DNA from: a virus
Taxonomy: Duplodnaviria; Caudoviricetes
DNA length: 64,000 bases
Virus record (IMG/VR): IMGVR_UViG_3300047551_002158
Strand: one strand, 5' to 3'
Under the pieces are notes generated by a model that was given only the letters and a program-made list of their open reading frames with translations, did not search any database and was not told where the DNA came from. The first letter of the stretch is position 1. Each line of letters starts with the position of its first letter. This document shows positions 37,805 through 48,142 of this stretch, in pieces. The position numbers and the translations under genes are program-made.

Positions 37805-37889
37805 GGGAGCGTGGTGGAATCGGTAGACACACCTGACTTAAAATCAGTTGGGCATTACGCCCGTGGGAGTTCAAGTCTCCCCGTTCCTA
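37805..37889 (+). tRNA. trnL: tRNA-Leu(UAA)
   Basis: Acceptor GGGAGCG/CGTTCCT, anticodon loop CTTAAAA, long variable arm, T-arm GGGAG-TTCAAGT-CTCCC; no intron and no encoded CCA. Confidence 0.95.
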
Positions 37890-37937
37890 TTAGAGGACTT
37901 AACCTCCTCTAAATAATCAAAAGTAAAGGACTATTCT

Positions 37938-38207
37938 ATGAAATACAGAATAGACGCCAGATACGTTTGGTACAATAAAGGGTCTCAATTGGTCCTGATG
38001 TACTTCATCCAGAATATTCCCTTTACCTTTGATGATGTTCCAGATAGTCTTATGTACGATATGGAACTCATAGAATTAGCAGACAACGAAAGACGCTTTG
38101 AACCAGAACATCTCTATCAGGCATCATATTATTTGATGTGTGAAGAATGCCACCCTCTTATGTTTGAAGTTGAACTGGAAAATCCAGAAATGATGCCTGC
38201 TGATTAA
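37938..38207 (+). CDS. conserved hypothetical protein
   Basis: 89-aa ORF between the tRNAs; AAGGA upstream. Confidence 0.8.
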   Translation: MKYRIDARYVWYNKGSQLVLMYFIQNIPFTFDDVPDSLMYDMELIELADNERRFEPEHLYQASYYLMCEECHPLMFEVELENPEMMPAD

Positions 38208-38210
38208 TTT

Positions 38211-38283
38211 GCCTCTAAAGCATTAAGTGGCGATGTACCGCTCTTGTAAAGCGGAGAGGACGGTTCAATTCCGTCTGGGGGCT
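38211..38283 (+). tRNA. trnT: tRNA-Thr(UGU)
   Basis: Acceptor GCCTCTA/TGGGGGC, anticodon arm CCGCT-CTTGTAA-AGCGG, T-arm GACGG-TTCAATT-CCGTC. Confidence 0.93.
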
Positions 38284-38304
38284 TTAGTTCTTATAAAACT
38301 ATAA

Positions 38305-38478
38305 ATGAAGATACAACTCTGGTATTGTGAATCTATGAAGCAGTGGCGTTGGATTTTAACTGACGATTCAAGACCTATTCTTAAACAAGAATCCGGACAA
38401 CAACCATTTCTTCGTGATGCTATGAATGATGTAGCAAGTACTGTAGAATATATGATGGATTGTAAGCAATTTGAATGA
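38305..38478 (+). CDS. 57-aa hypothetical protein
   Basis: MKIQLWYCESMKQWRWILTDD... read by hand; ATGA overlap with the next ORF. Confidence 0.75.
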   Translation: MKIQLWYCESMKQWRWILTDDSRPILKQESGQQPFLRDAMNDVASTVEYMMDCKQFE

Positions 38479-39122
38479 AATCTGATTTCTATATTGACGT
38501 AGTTTCTAAAAAGCAAGCAGAGGAACTTTTACTTCAATATCATTATCTCAAAGATTTTTCCAAAGGATTTAAGTCTGGATATAATTACGGATTGTTTCAG
38601 AGAAATGAGTTCTCACCTCTAAATATTGGCGGACTGAAAGGTGTAGTAATTTTTACAGGATTACCAGTTCCAGAAATTGCAAAAGGCGCTTTTGGACTTG
38701 AAAGAAATGAGCAACAAGGACTCTTTGAACTCTCAAGACTCTGCATTCATCCACAAACTCAACAGAGCGAGTATAATATCACTTCTTGGTTCGTTTCAAA
38801 GGCGATTAGACAGTTGCGAAAAGATACTAAAGTCAAAGCAATCCTCTCATACGCTGATAATGACTTTCATAGCGGTACAATTTATAGGGCTTGCAACTTT
38901 AAGTATTACGGTCTTACAGATGCAAAAAAAGATTTCTACTATTCAGACGGAACTAAACATTCGCGGGGTAAAGTAAAAGGTTCTGAAGGTGAATGGAGAG
39001 AAAGAAGTCGTAAACATAGATATTTGATGGTATTTGATAGACAACTTCAAAAAAACTTGACTTGGAAAGAAGAGAAGTGGTATAATAATCAAGGCGATAC
39101 TAACCAAACTCCTTCCGTGTGA
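38475..39122 (+). CDS. Mom-like GNAT-fold protein (putative DNA adenine modification)
   Basis: YHYL, ELSRLC, SWFVSKAIRQL, ILSYAD, GTIYRACNFKYYG pattern of the Mu Mom family. Confidence 0.65.
   Translation: MKSDFYIDVVSKKQAEELLLQYHYLKDFSKGFKSGYNYGLFQRNEFSPLNIGGLKGVVIFTGLPVPEIAKGAFGLERNEQQGLFELSRLCIHPQTQQSEYNITSWFVSKAIRQLRKDTKVKAILSYADNDFHSGTIYRACNFKYYGLTDAKKDFYYSDGTKHSRGKVKGSEGEWRERSRKHRYLMVFDRQLQKNLTWKEEKWYNNQGDTNQTPSV
39057..39086 (+). promoter_or_regulatory. sigma70-type promoter inside the 3' end of the Mom-like gene
   Basis: TTGACT-18 nt-TATAAT. Confidence 0.55.
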
Positions 39123-39127
39123 CTTGT

Positions 39128-39153
39128 AAAACCTCCTTTCGGGGAGGTTTTCT
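39128..39153 (+). terminator. intrinsic terminator
   Basis: AAAACCTCC-TTTCGG-GGAGGTTTT. Confidence 0.85.
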
Positions 39154-39196
39154 TGTAGATAAATAACTTATAACGGAAACTATAAGTATTAATAAG

Positions 39197-42100
39197 ATGG
39201 GTCTTTCACGCCTGGAAAATTTTCTGAAGTCTGTTCGTGGTAATATTCTATATGTCGATCCAAACAGTCTTGATGCTACTGATAGCATTGAAAATCAAGG
39301 AAATAGTTTAACTCGTCCGTTTAAAACTATTCAAAGAGCTCTGATTGAAGCGGCAAGATTTTCATATCAACGTGGTCTGAACAACGATAGATTTGGAAAA
39401 ACTACAATTTTAGTTTATCCAGGTGATCATATAGTTGATAACCGTCCTGGTTGGATACCCGATGGTGCAAATAACTTTAGGTTGAGAAGTGGTGTAACCT
39501 CAAATGATTTTCCTCCATTTGAATTATCAACTAATTTTGATCTTAGTGATCCATCCAATGCTCTTTATAAATTAAACAGTATTCACGGTGGTGTAATTGT
39601 ACCAAGGGGGACTTCTTTAATTGGTTTAGATCTTCGTAAGACAAAAATTCGTCCAAAGTATGTCCCAAATCCAGTCAACGATAACATTGAAAGGTCTTCA
39701 ATTTTCCGCGTAACTGGTGGATGTTACTTCTGGCAGTTTTCTCTCTTTGATGCTGATCCAAATGGTCAGTGCTATATTGATTATACTACTAATTTATTTG
39801 TTCCAAACTTCTCTCACCATAAACTCTCTTGTTTTGAGTATGTTGATGGGGTCAATCCAGTATCAATTAAGGATGAATTCCAAACATATTCTACAGATCG
39901 CACAGATCTGGATATGTACTATGAAAAAATTGGTCTTGCTTATGGAGCATCTTCTGGTCGTGCAATTGAACCAGATTATCCTTCATCTTCAATTGATATT
40001 GAACCAAAGATTGACGAATATCGTATTGTAGGTTCTACTGGATTATCGGTAGGAATTACCAGTATTCGTTCTGGAAATGGTATTACTCCATCAACTACCA
40101 TTACAGTAACCACAGAAACTGCTGTTGCTGGATTAGATGTAGATACACCATTTAGAATAGAAGGAATATCTGCTGATGGATATAATGGACAGTACGTTGT
40201 AACTGAAAAGTTAAGCGATACGCAGATTACATATAAAGTTCAAAACGCTCCAATAGATGCTCTTCCCTCTCCTTTAGGGGGATTATTGTCTTTAACATCG
40301 GATACTGTTACCTCAGCATCTCCATACATCTTCAATCTTTCATTGAGATCTGTTTATGGAATGTGCGGTGTTCTTGCCGATGGTGATAAAGCATCTGGAT
40401 TTAAGTCTATGGTTATTGCCCAATTCACTGGAATTGGTCTACAGAAAGATGATAATGCATTTGTTGTTTATGATCAGAATACTGGTACTTATACGGACAA
40501 CACTTCTGCCGGAAATGAAACTATAAGCACAAATTCGAGAGCAGTATATAAACCAGAATACAGAAACTTCCATATCAAATGTATTAATGATGCATTTATT
40601 CAGAACGTTTCTATTTTTGCGATTGGTTATGCTGAACATTTCTCAGCAGAAAGTGGTGGTGATCAATCAGTAACAAACTCTAATTCAAACTTTGGTGCAA
40701 AAGCACTTGTAGCTTCTGGATTTAGAAGAAACGCATTTCCTCAGGATGACTTTGGATATATTACTCATATCATTCCACCAAAAGAGTTATCAAATGAAGA
40801 AACATCAATTGAATTTAATGCAATAGATGTTGCTACTACTGTAGGTGTTGGTACTACAAACGAGAGACTTTATCTTTATGATCAAAATAATCAGGATTCT
40901 CTGCCAGAATATGTTTTAGATGGATATAGAATAGGTGCAAGAGAAAATGATTCTCTTAAGGTTTTAATTTCTGTTGGTGGTTCAACTACGGAATATAGTT
41001 CTCGTATTGTGATGCAAAATTCTCAGACAAGTTCTGAGAAATCTTTTAGAGCAGATAGAAGTCCAATTGGAATTAATAGCATTGGATCCAATAGTATTGG
41101 TGGAAATGCAAATGAAATTACTTTAATTAGTCCACATACTTTTGAGAATGGAGAGACAATTCGTGTTTTAAGTGACACTGGATATCTTCCAGATGGATTA
41201 AGACCAAATACAGTTTATTATGCAATTACATCTGGTCTAAGTACAACCAGAAATGTCAAAATTGCAAAAACTTTAAATGATGCTCAGGATGGAAATGAAT
41301 TAACAATTAATAATAAGGGTGGATCATTAACTATTGTAAGTAGAGTATCTGATAAAATTCCTGGTGATATTGGACATCCAATTCAATATGACACTTCTTT
41401 AGGTCAGTGGTACGTTAAAGTATCTACTTCTTCTACTGATAATACAATTCAACCAATTATTACAAGCTTAGGAACTGGTACTCTTGGATCCGCAACACCA
41501 AGAACTTATATTAAACGTAGAAAGTATGATAGAAATGCTTCAGATACAATTTATAGAGTTCGTTATGTGATTCCAAAAGGAACTGCTGAAGAATATGCAA
41601 GACCTCCCGGCGATGGTTTTATCCTTCAAGAATCTAATAGTGCCACTGGATCTACTGATGCAGAAATTCAAACGTATTTCAATAGCGGAACAATTGATGC
41701 CAATCAACAAAGAAACTTTAGATTTATTTCTGGTGCAAGTTGGACTCCAAATACTGCTAAAATTTCAACAGAACTCCCACACAATTTAAAAGTAGGAGCT
41801 CAGGTTGAATTAGTTAATGTTACCAGTACTTTTAACACAACTGGAATAGGAAACTCTGGATTTAATGGAACATTTGTAGTTGCAGGAATTAGTAGTGCTA
41901 AAGAATTTACTGTTGGTCTGAGCACAGATCCAGGAACATTTACTAATAATACAACATTAAGAACTACTTCTCTTCCATACTTTAAGAGAAAGAAATATAA
42001 TAACATTTATTATATCTACAGAAATCAAGAAGTACAAAAATATGTCCCCGAAGAACAAGATGGTATCTACTATCTAACAATAGTTAACGCTTCAAATACT

Positions 42101-45022
42101 CCATCGGTTGCTCCATTTACAGAAGAAAGCTATTCTCAACCAGTTAAGGAACTTTATCCACAAATTAATCGTGATAATCCAGTATCCGATCCAGAAGAAG
42201 CAAAGTCTTTCGCATCACCTTCTTTAATTGGAGAAGTTGTCGTAAATGATGTTCGTGATAGCATCACAAAAGAAACAATTTCCAAAGTCTTCTCAGATAT
42301 TGATGTTGGTGTAGGAATTACTAACGTTGTTTCTACCAATGCAACTACACATACAGTTTATACTTCAATAGATCACGGATTAAACAGAGTTACTAAGGTT
42401 AGCATTGTTTATGGTGGTGTTGGATATGGTGGTGGATCTGGCGGAACATACTATAATGCAAAATTAGTAGGATTTGCAGGATCTACAACTGGATATCACG
42501 CAACAGCAAGAGTTGCTGTAAACCCATCGGGTAATATTACCGATGTTAGAATTATGGATGGTGGTAGTGCCTATGGAATTGGTAATACCCTAACTGTTGT
42601 TGGAATTGCTACAACTACAGGATTTGCAGGAGCAGTAGTACAAGTTACTCAAATTTATAATAATGTTGGAGATACAGTAAGAATTACTGGAGTTTCTTCA
42701 GAAAGTTATGCAGATTATAATAATCTTTATAGAATTACTGATGTTCCTGTCGGTGCAGATAAGAGATTTACTGTTCTTTCTTCAAATTCAATATCTAATT
42801 TCACGACATCAGGAGTTGGAGTAACCCTAACACAAAATGCTTATGGTTACCTAACTGGACAGACAAATAGAGTAAGTAGCATTTCGTATAGCAATGTAAC
42901 TGGATTAGCAACAGTTACAACCCAGAGTAGTCACGGTTTCTCCGTAAACAATAAAATTAGAATTTCTGGGTCAACACAAGGTCTTTACAATGGAGATTTT
43001 GTTGTTACCAAGAATGTTGGTCTCACAACATTTATTGTTAATATTGGAAAATCAAGTACTGTCCCAGCAGTATCTGGCACAATCTATGTACATAGAGAAG
43101 GATTAACTTCAAACGATGGTGTAATTTCTTCGGAATATGAAAATATTTCTGGAAGAATGGTTCCAACTTATGCAGGAATTAGCACAACTCTTCGTCTTGG
43201 TGTTTCTAATGAAACCACAACAAGTATATACATTACTGGTATCAATAAACTTGATATTAAAATAGGAGATTATCTCCAAATTGATGACGAACTCGTAAGA
43301 GTTAAGACTACACTATCTAATAGCATTGCATCTACAGATCCAATTGATGTCTTCCGTGGAGTTCTTGGAACAAAAGCAGCTAAGCACTCTATCAATTCTG
43401 TAGTCAGAAGAGTTAATGTAACTCCTATTGAACTTCGCAGACACTCTATCATTCGTGCATCAGGACATACTTTTGAATATGTTGGTTTTGGTCCTGGTAA
43501 CTATTCTACTGCATTCCCAGATAAGCAAGATCGTCAGATTTCTGCACAGGAAGAACTTCTTGCACAGTCAACCAGAAGAGAAGGTGGTATTAACTTCTAT
43601 ACTGGTATGAATGACAAGGGTATTTCATACTCTGGCAATAAGAAGTTAAGCACAGTTACTGGACAGGAAGAAATTTTTGATACTCCAATTCAAACTATAA
43701 CTGGTGAGGATATTGGCAACGAACCAGCATTGAATGTTATTAATCCAATTGAAGGTAGTTTTGCACGCTCAATTCGTGTTGAAGGTGGTTCCGATGGAAA
43801 GGCAATTTCCGAATTCAATGGATCAGTAATTTTTAGAGATAAAGTTACTTCAACTTCATCAAAGGGTATTGAAGCAAATTCCTTGTTCTTACAAGGTGAT
43901 GTTGATGTATCGAGAAAGTATACAGTAGGAACTTCTCAACCTACTATTGCTGGAAACCCAGGTGATGTTCAATACAATGCAAATCCAACAAGCACAGGAT
44001 ATCTTGGATGGGTATATACAACAAATAATGAATGGAAGGAATTTGGTGCTATTGGATCTGGTGGAGGTGCTGGTGCTGGAGGAACTACTGGAGTTGGAAT
44101 TAGAACCACTGGTGGATATGTTGGGTTCTCTACCTTAATTAATTTTGTAGGAACAAATATTTCAATCAATCCACAATATAATTCTACTTTAGGAATTACA
44201 ACTTTAACATTTGTTGGTCTCGGAACGGCTGATATTTTAGGTAGTAATATTTCGGTCGGCAGTTCTTCTGGAAATCGTTGGGATATTGTTCCTGTTGTTT
44301 CCGCTGGCGGAACAATGGAAATTGGTAGATATATTGATTTCCACAATACTGATACAGATACCTCTGATTACACTTACAGACTTGATAATAGTTCCAATGG
44401 AGTTCTTCAAACTTCAGGATCACTAACGATTGGTAACAGTGGAGAACTTAATTTCACTCCAGCCAATGATCATTATGTTGAATTCTATACCAATACGAAT
44501 GATGTAGTTTATCTAAGACTTTTAGTTGATGATACCAATTATCATAATGGATTAACGATGGTGAGAGGTGGTGCAGTTACTTTGTATCACAACGATGCAT
44601 CAAAACTTGCAACTACATCAGTTGGTATTAGTATTACCGGTAATGTTTCTGCAACGGGTGATGTTTCTGGAGTAAATGGAACATTTAGTGGAAGTATTTC
44701 TGCAGTCAACGGAAACTTTAGTGGAATAGTTACTGCAACTGATCTCAATTCAACTTCAGATATTAAACTTAAGACCAATATTCGTGATATTAAAAATCCA
44801 CTGAATAAAATTCTCCAAATTCGTGGTGTTAACTTCGAATGGAAAGAAGATAACAGACAATCCCTTGGTGTTATTGCTCAGGAAATCGAAGAAGTATTAC
44901 CAGAACTTGTGAGTGATGGGGAAATTAAAACTGTCAACTATAATGGACTGATTGGTGTTTTGATTGAAGCAATTAAAGATCAACAAAAACAAATTGATGA
45001 GTTAAAGAAAAAAATTAATTGA
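39197..45022 (+). CDS. giant tail fibre/structural protein with N-terminal beta-helix-like region and C-terminal S74 chaperone
   Basis: ILYVDPN...PFKTIQRAL; C-terminal SDIKLKTNI...RGVNFEW...GVIAQE...VNYNGLIGVLIEAIK; TAAATA at 39160. Confidence 0.85.
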   Translation: MGLSRLENFLKSVRGNILYVDPNSLDATDSIENQGNSLTRPFKTIQRALIEAARFSYQRGLNNDRFGKTTILVYPGDHIVDNRPGWIPDGANNFRLRSGVTSNDFPPFELSTNFDLSDPSNALYKLNSIHGGVIVPRGTSLIGLDLRKTKIRPKYVPNPVNDNIERSSIFRVTGGCYFWQFSLFDADPNGQCYIDYTTNLFVPNFSHHKLSCFEYVDGVNPVSIKDEFQTYSTDRTDLDMYYEKIGLAYGASSGRAIEPDYPSSSIDIEPKIDEYRIVGSTGLSVGITSIRSGNGITPSTTITVTTETAVAGLDVDTPFRIEGISADGYNGQYVVTEKLSDTQITYKVQNAPIDALPSPLGGLLSLTSDTVTSASPYIFNLSLRSVYGMCGVLADGDKASGFKSMVIAQFTGIGLQKDDNAFVVYDQNTGTYTDNTSAGNETISTNSRAVYKPEYRNFHIKCINDAFIQNVSIFAIGYAEHFSAESGGDQSVTNSNSNFGAKALVASGFRRNAFPQDDFGYITHIIPPKELSNEETSIEFNAIDVATTVGVGTTNERLYLYDQNNQDSLPEYVLDGYRIGARENDSLKVLISVGGSTTEYSSRIVMQNSQTSSEKSFRADRSPIGINSIGSNSIGGNANEITLISPHTFENGETIRVLSDTGYLPDGLRPNTVYYAITSGLSTTRNVKIAKTLNDAQDGNELTINNKGGSLTIVSRVSDKIPGDIGHPIQYDTSLGQWYVKVSTSSTDNTIQPIITSLGTGTLGSATPRTYIKRRKYDRNASDTIYRVRYVIPKGTAEEYARPPGDGFILQESNSATGSTDAEIQTYFNSGTIDANQQRNFRFISGASWTPNTAKISTELPHNLKVGAQVELVNVTSTFNTTGIGNSGFNGTFVVAGISSAKEFTVGLSTDPGTFTNNTTLRTTSLPYFKRKKYNNIYYIYRNQEVQKYVPEEQDGIYYLTIVNASNTPSVAPFTEESYSQPVKELYPQINRDNPVSDPEEAKSFASPSLIGEVVVNDVRDSITKETISKVFSDIDVGVGITNVVSTNATTHTVYTSIDHGLNRVTKVSIVYGGVGYGGGSGGTYYNAKLVGFAGSTTGYHATARVAVNPSGNITDVRIMDGGSAYGIGNTLTVVGIATTTGFAGAVVQVTQIYNNVGDTVRITGVSSESYADYNNLYRITDVPVGADKRFTVLSSNSISNFTTSGVGVTLTQNAYGYLTGQTNRVSSISYSNVTGLATVTTQSSHGFSVNNKIRISGSTQGLYNGDFVVTKNVGLTTFIVNIGKSSTVPAVSGTIYVHREGLTSNDGVISSEYENISGRMVPTYAGISTTLRLGVSNETTTSIYITGINKLDIKIGDYLQIDDELVRVKTTLSNSIASTDPIDVFRGVLGTKAAKHSINSVVRRVNVTPIELRRHSIIRASGHTFEYVGFGPGNYSTAFPDKQDRQISAQEELLAQSTRREGGINFYTGMNDKGISYSGNKKLSTVTGQEEIFDTPIQTITGEDIGNEPALNVINPIEGSFARSIRVEGGSDGKAISEFNGSVIFRDKVTSTSSKGIEANSLFLQGDVDVSRKYTVGTSQPTIAGNPGDVQYNANPTSTGYLGWVYTTNNEWKEFGAIGSGGGAGAGGTTGVGIRTTGGYVGFSTLINFVGTNISINPQYNSTLGITTLTFVGLGTADILGSNISVGSSSGNRWDIVPVVSAGGTMEIGRYIDFHNTDTDTSDYTYRLDNSSNGVLQTSGSLTIGNSGELNFTPANDHYVEFYTNTNDVVYLRLLVDDTNYHNGLTMVRGGAVTLYHNDASKLATTSVGISITGNVSATGDVSGVNGTFSGSISAVNGNFSGIVTATDLNSTSDIKLKTNIRDIKNPLNKILQIRGVNFEWKEDNRQSLGVIAQEIEEVLPELVSDGEIKTVNYNGLIGVLIEAIKDQQKQIDELKKKIN

Positions 45023-45065
45023 TTATAAATAACTAATAATAAAAAAGGGTGGAGAGTGAAACCCA

Positions 45066-47798
45066 ATGGCGATTAATAAGAATTTCGTCGTAAAACACGG
45101 TTTAGAAGTAGATACCAATCTAATTTTTGCAAATGCCGATACTAATAAGGTCGGTATTGGTATAACTAATCCACAACACACTCTCCACGTAAATGGTGGT
45201 ATTGGAGTAACTAATTTATCTTCTGTTGGGGTTGCCACTTTTAATAATTTAGTTCTTGGTGGCAATATTAGTATTGGTGGAACCACTGGAAAAAGAAATT
45301 ATCTTCTTACATCAACAGGTATTGGAATAACTTGGAAGAAAATTTCAAAAAATTCTGTATATTCTGAAGCTGTTGCTGGACAAGATACATTTTATCTCTC
45401 TTATGAAGTAGGCACAGTAGAAGTTTATATAAATGGTGTTAGGTTAGCACCTAATGAATTTACTGCTATAGATGGTTCAACCATAGTCTTGACAACGCCT
45501 TGTTTTGGCGGAGAAATAGTAGAAATACTTGCAAATGAAACAGTACCTGTAGCTGAAACAGAAGTTACCTTAGTTGGTACTGGACTAACAGTTCAAGATG
45601 AAGGAACGTTAGTTAACAGTCCTGGACAAACTTCTCTAATTAATTTTGTTGGTGCCGGTGTTACAATAACAAGCACAAGTGCTTATGGAATTGATGTTAC
45701 AATTGATGGTGTCAATAATCCTCCAGGAAAAACTATTTACGTTGCAGTAAACGGAAGTGACAGTAATGATGGATTGACATTAGATTTTGCAAAAAGAACT
45801 ATTAAAGACGCAGCATCTGTTGCTACCAGTGGAGATACTATAAAAGTTTCCCCAGGAACTTATATAGAAAATAATCCAATCACTCTTCCAGAAGATGTCT
45901 CCGTTGAAGGAGCAGAACTTAGAAATTGCATTGTAACACCTCAAAATCCAGGTTCTGATTTGTTCTGGGTATCAAACGGAAATCATATTACTGACCTATC
46001 TTTCCAAGGACAAACCTCAACATTTGGTGCTGCAGTAGTTGCATTTAAACCGCTTGTCGGTGTTGCGTCAGATAGATTTTTTGATGCCGCAAGGATAATA
46101 CGTTATAACTTAGATTTCATTGCAGCAGAAGCAGTTGGATACCTAACAAGTACAGATTATAGATCACCTGCATTTACCTTGAGTGGTGGTGATTATACTT
46201 CTTGTAAGGATGACATTAAAGATATTTTCAGAGCAGTTTGTCACGATATAACCAGAGGTGGAAATTCTAAATGTGTAGGTGCGGGTCTTTCATATTATAA
46301 TGGCGGTGTTTTACAGCACATTGTTGGAGTAAAGACTGAAACAATTGATACCATTCGTTATGCTGCAGGAATTGCAAAATCTTGTATCAATAATGTTTCC
46401 TGGACTGGAAATTATCAAACTCATTTTACCCAACTTAAAGATGTAAGCATTCAAGCAGACGCTCTTACTGGGTCAAATATTGATATAAATTCCTGTGCAA
46501 ACGTTGTTTCTGCAATCAACTCTTGTGTTGGAGTTGTAACAACAATTATTGGAATTGGAACAACTGCAATAGGAACATTATTCAATAGAACTTATCCAGG
46601 AAATGCGGGAATTGGAACAACAAATCCAAATGATCCTTCTTATTCTCCTGGAGTTGGAAATGTAATAAAAGGTCCTTATATTCGCAACTGCACCAATTTT
46701 ATTCCAAGTAGCATTGGTATGAAAGTTGATGGGTTCAATGCGGATCCTGGAGATAAAGATGATATGGGCATCACTGGTATGATGAGTGTTGATAGTTACA
46801 CTCAATATAATCAAGGTGGTATTGGAGTTAAAATATCGAATGGAGCATATGCACAGTTGGTTTCAATCTTTACAATCTGCTGCGATCAGGCAATTGTAAC
46901 TGAAAGTGGAGGTCAATGCGATATTACTAACTCCAACTCTTCATTTGGAACAAAAGGATTAGTTTCGAATGGAGTTAGTTCTCCCACAACTTTATCAAAC
47001 TATCGTTACACTGGTACAATTTCAGCAAATTCCGCTGAAGGTGGACTAACAGTATCAATTAGTGGAATTGGAAATGAGAGACCATACTCAGGACAAGCAT
47101 TATACTTTGGTGAACTATATTATGAAATTGAAAGCGTAACTGTTCTTAATGGAGGATCTGGATATACTGATCCACCAACGGTTGTCTTCCTAACGGATAC
47201 TGATCCAGTAAATGGAAATCCATCTGGACCTTCTGCAATTAAAGCAGAAGCAATTGCTCAGGTTGAAAATGGAACTGTTACTGCAGTTAATATGATTGGT
47301 AATGGTAGAAATTACAGAGCAGTTGATATGGCAAACGTTACTTTCACTGCTCCTGTTGGTGGAGGGACAACAGCATCTGGAATTGTAAACTTAAGACCTT
47401 TATATTATCAAGTTCGTTCTGCAACTCTTCCTGTAGCAGGAGTTTCTACAGTCACTCTGGCACAAACTTTAAATAATGATGTAGGAATAGGAACCACAGC
47501 ATATCTCCAGAGACAGAGTTTGCAAATTGTATCTTCGCATTCATTTGAATATATTGGTGCAGGAAATACGATTGAAACGGCAAGACCATCAAAAGGTGGT
47601 GTGACAATTCAAGCAAATGAAGTTGTGAAAGTGGATGGTGGTGAAGTTGTTTATACAAGTACAGATCAAGATGGAAACTTTGCAATTGGTGAAGATTTAG
47701 TCATTGACCAAGCAACTGGTACAATTCGCGGAAGAGCGTTTGAACGCAGTCTGCTAAATACAGTAACACCATTTATTATCGCATTAGGGGCAAAATAA
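45066..47798 (+). CDS. tail fibre/spike protein with putative beta-helix domain
   Basis: MAINKNFVVKHGL; TIYVAVNGSDSNDG...KRTIKDA; TATAAATA at 45024. Confidence 0.75.
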   Translation: MAINKNFVVKHGLEVDTNLIFANADTNKVGIGITNPQHTLHVNGGIGVTNLSSVGVATFNNLVLGGNISIGGTTGKRNYLLTSTGIGITWKKISKNSVYSEAVAGQDTFYLSYEVGTVEVYINGVRLAPNEFTAIDGSTIVLTTPCFGGEIVEILANETVPVAETEVTLVGTGLTVQDEGTLVNSPGQTSLINFVGAGVTITSTSAYGIDVTIDGVNNPPGKTIYVAVNGSDSNDGLTLDFAKRTIKDAASVATSGDTIKVSPGTYIENNPITLPEDVSVEGAELRNCIVTPQNPGSDLFWVSNGNHITDLSFQGQTSTFGAAVVAFKPLVGVASDRFFDAARIIRYNLDFIAAEAVGYLTSTDYRSPAFTLSGGDYTSCKDDIKDIFRAVCHDITRGGNSKCVGAGLSYYNGGVLQHIVGVKTETIDTIRYAAGIAKSCINNVSWTGNYQTHFTQLKDVSIQADALTGSNIDINSCANVVSAINSCVGVVTTIIGIGTTAIGTLFNRTYPGNAGIGTTNPNDPSYSPGVGNVIKGPYIRNCTNFIPSSIGMKVDGFNADPGDKDDMGITGMMSVDSYTQYNQGGIGVKISNGAYAQLVSIFTICCDQAIVTESGGQCDITNSNSSFGTKGLVSNGVSSPTTLSNYRYTGTISANSAEGGLTVSISGIGNERPYSGQALYFGELYYEIESVTVLNGGSGYTDPPTVVFLTDTDPVNGNPSGPSAIKAEAIAQVENGTVTAVNMIGNGRNYRAVDMANVTFTAPVGGGTTASGIVNLRPLYYQVRSATLPVAGVSTVTLAQTLNNDVGIGTTAYLQRQSLQIVSSHSFEYIGAGNTIETARPSKGGVTIQANEVVKVDGGEVVYTSTDQDGNFAIGEDLVIDQATGTIRGRAFERSLLNTVTPFIIALGAK

Positions 47799-47801
47799 AA
47801 A

Positions 47802-48137
47802 ATGGCTGGAGCATTAGCACTTAACACATATAAAACAGTTAGTATAGCAGTTACAACAGGTGTGACAACTGCTTATACTGTTCCTAATGGCGTTTCTTCT
47901 ATACATTTATTTTCAGTAGTATCTAATATTTCATCTGGTCTTTCAACTGTTACTGTTTATTTTAATAGATCGGGAACACAAACTGAATTGATTAAAAACG
48001 CAAAAATTCCCACAACAGATGCATTAAATCCAATATCTGGAAGTTTAGTTCTTGAAGTTGGAGATAGAATTGAAGTGGAGGGATCTGCAGACAATACTAT
48101 GAAATTTACTATGAGTATTTTAGAATCAGCGAAGTAA
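47802..48137 (+). CDS. small beta-rich structural protein
   Basis: 111 aa, LVLEVGDRI motif; in the fibre operon. Confidence 0.7.
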   Translation: MAGALALNTYKTVSIAVTTGVTTAYTVPNGVSSIHLFSVVSNISSGLSTVTVYFNRSGTQTELIKNAKIPTTDALNPISGSLVLEVGDRIEVEGSADNTMKFTMSILESAK

Positions 48138-48142
48138 GTTAA

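Noticed and set aside
37805-37889. Group I intron in tRNA-Leu(UAA), or an integration site
   Set aside because: The anticodon loop is uninterrupted; no integrase or duplicated tRNA 3' end in the window
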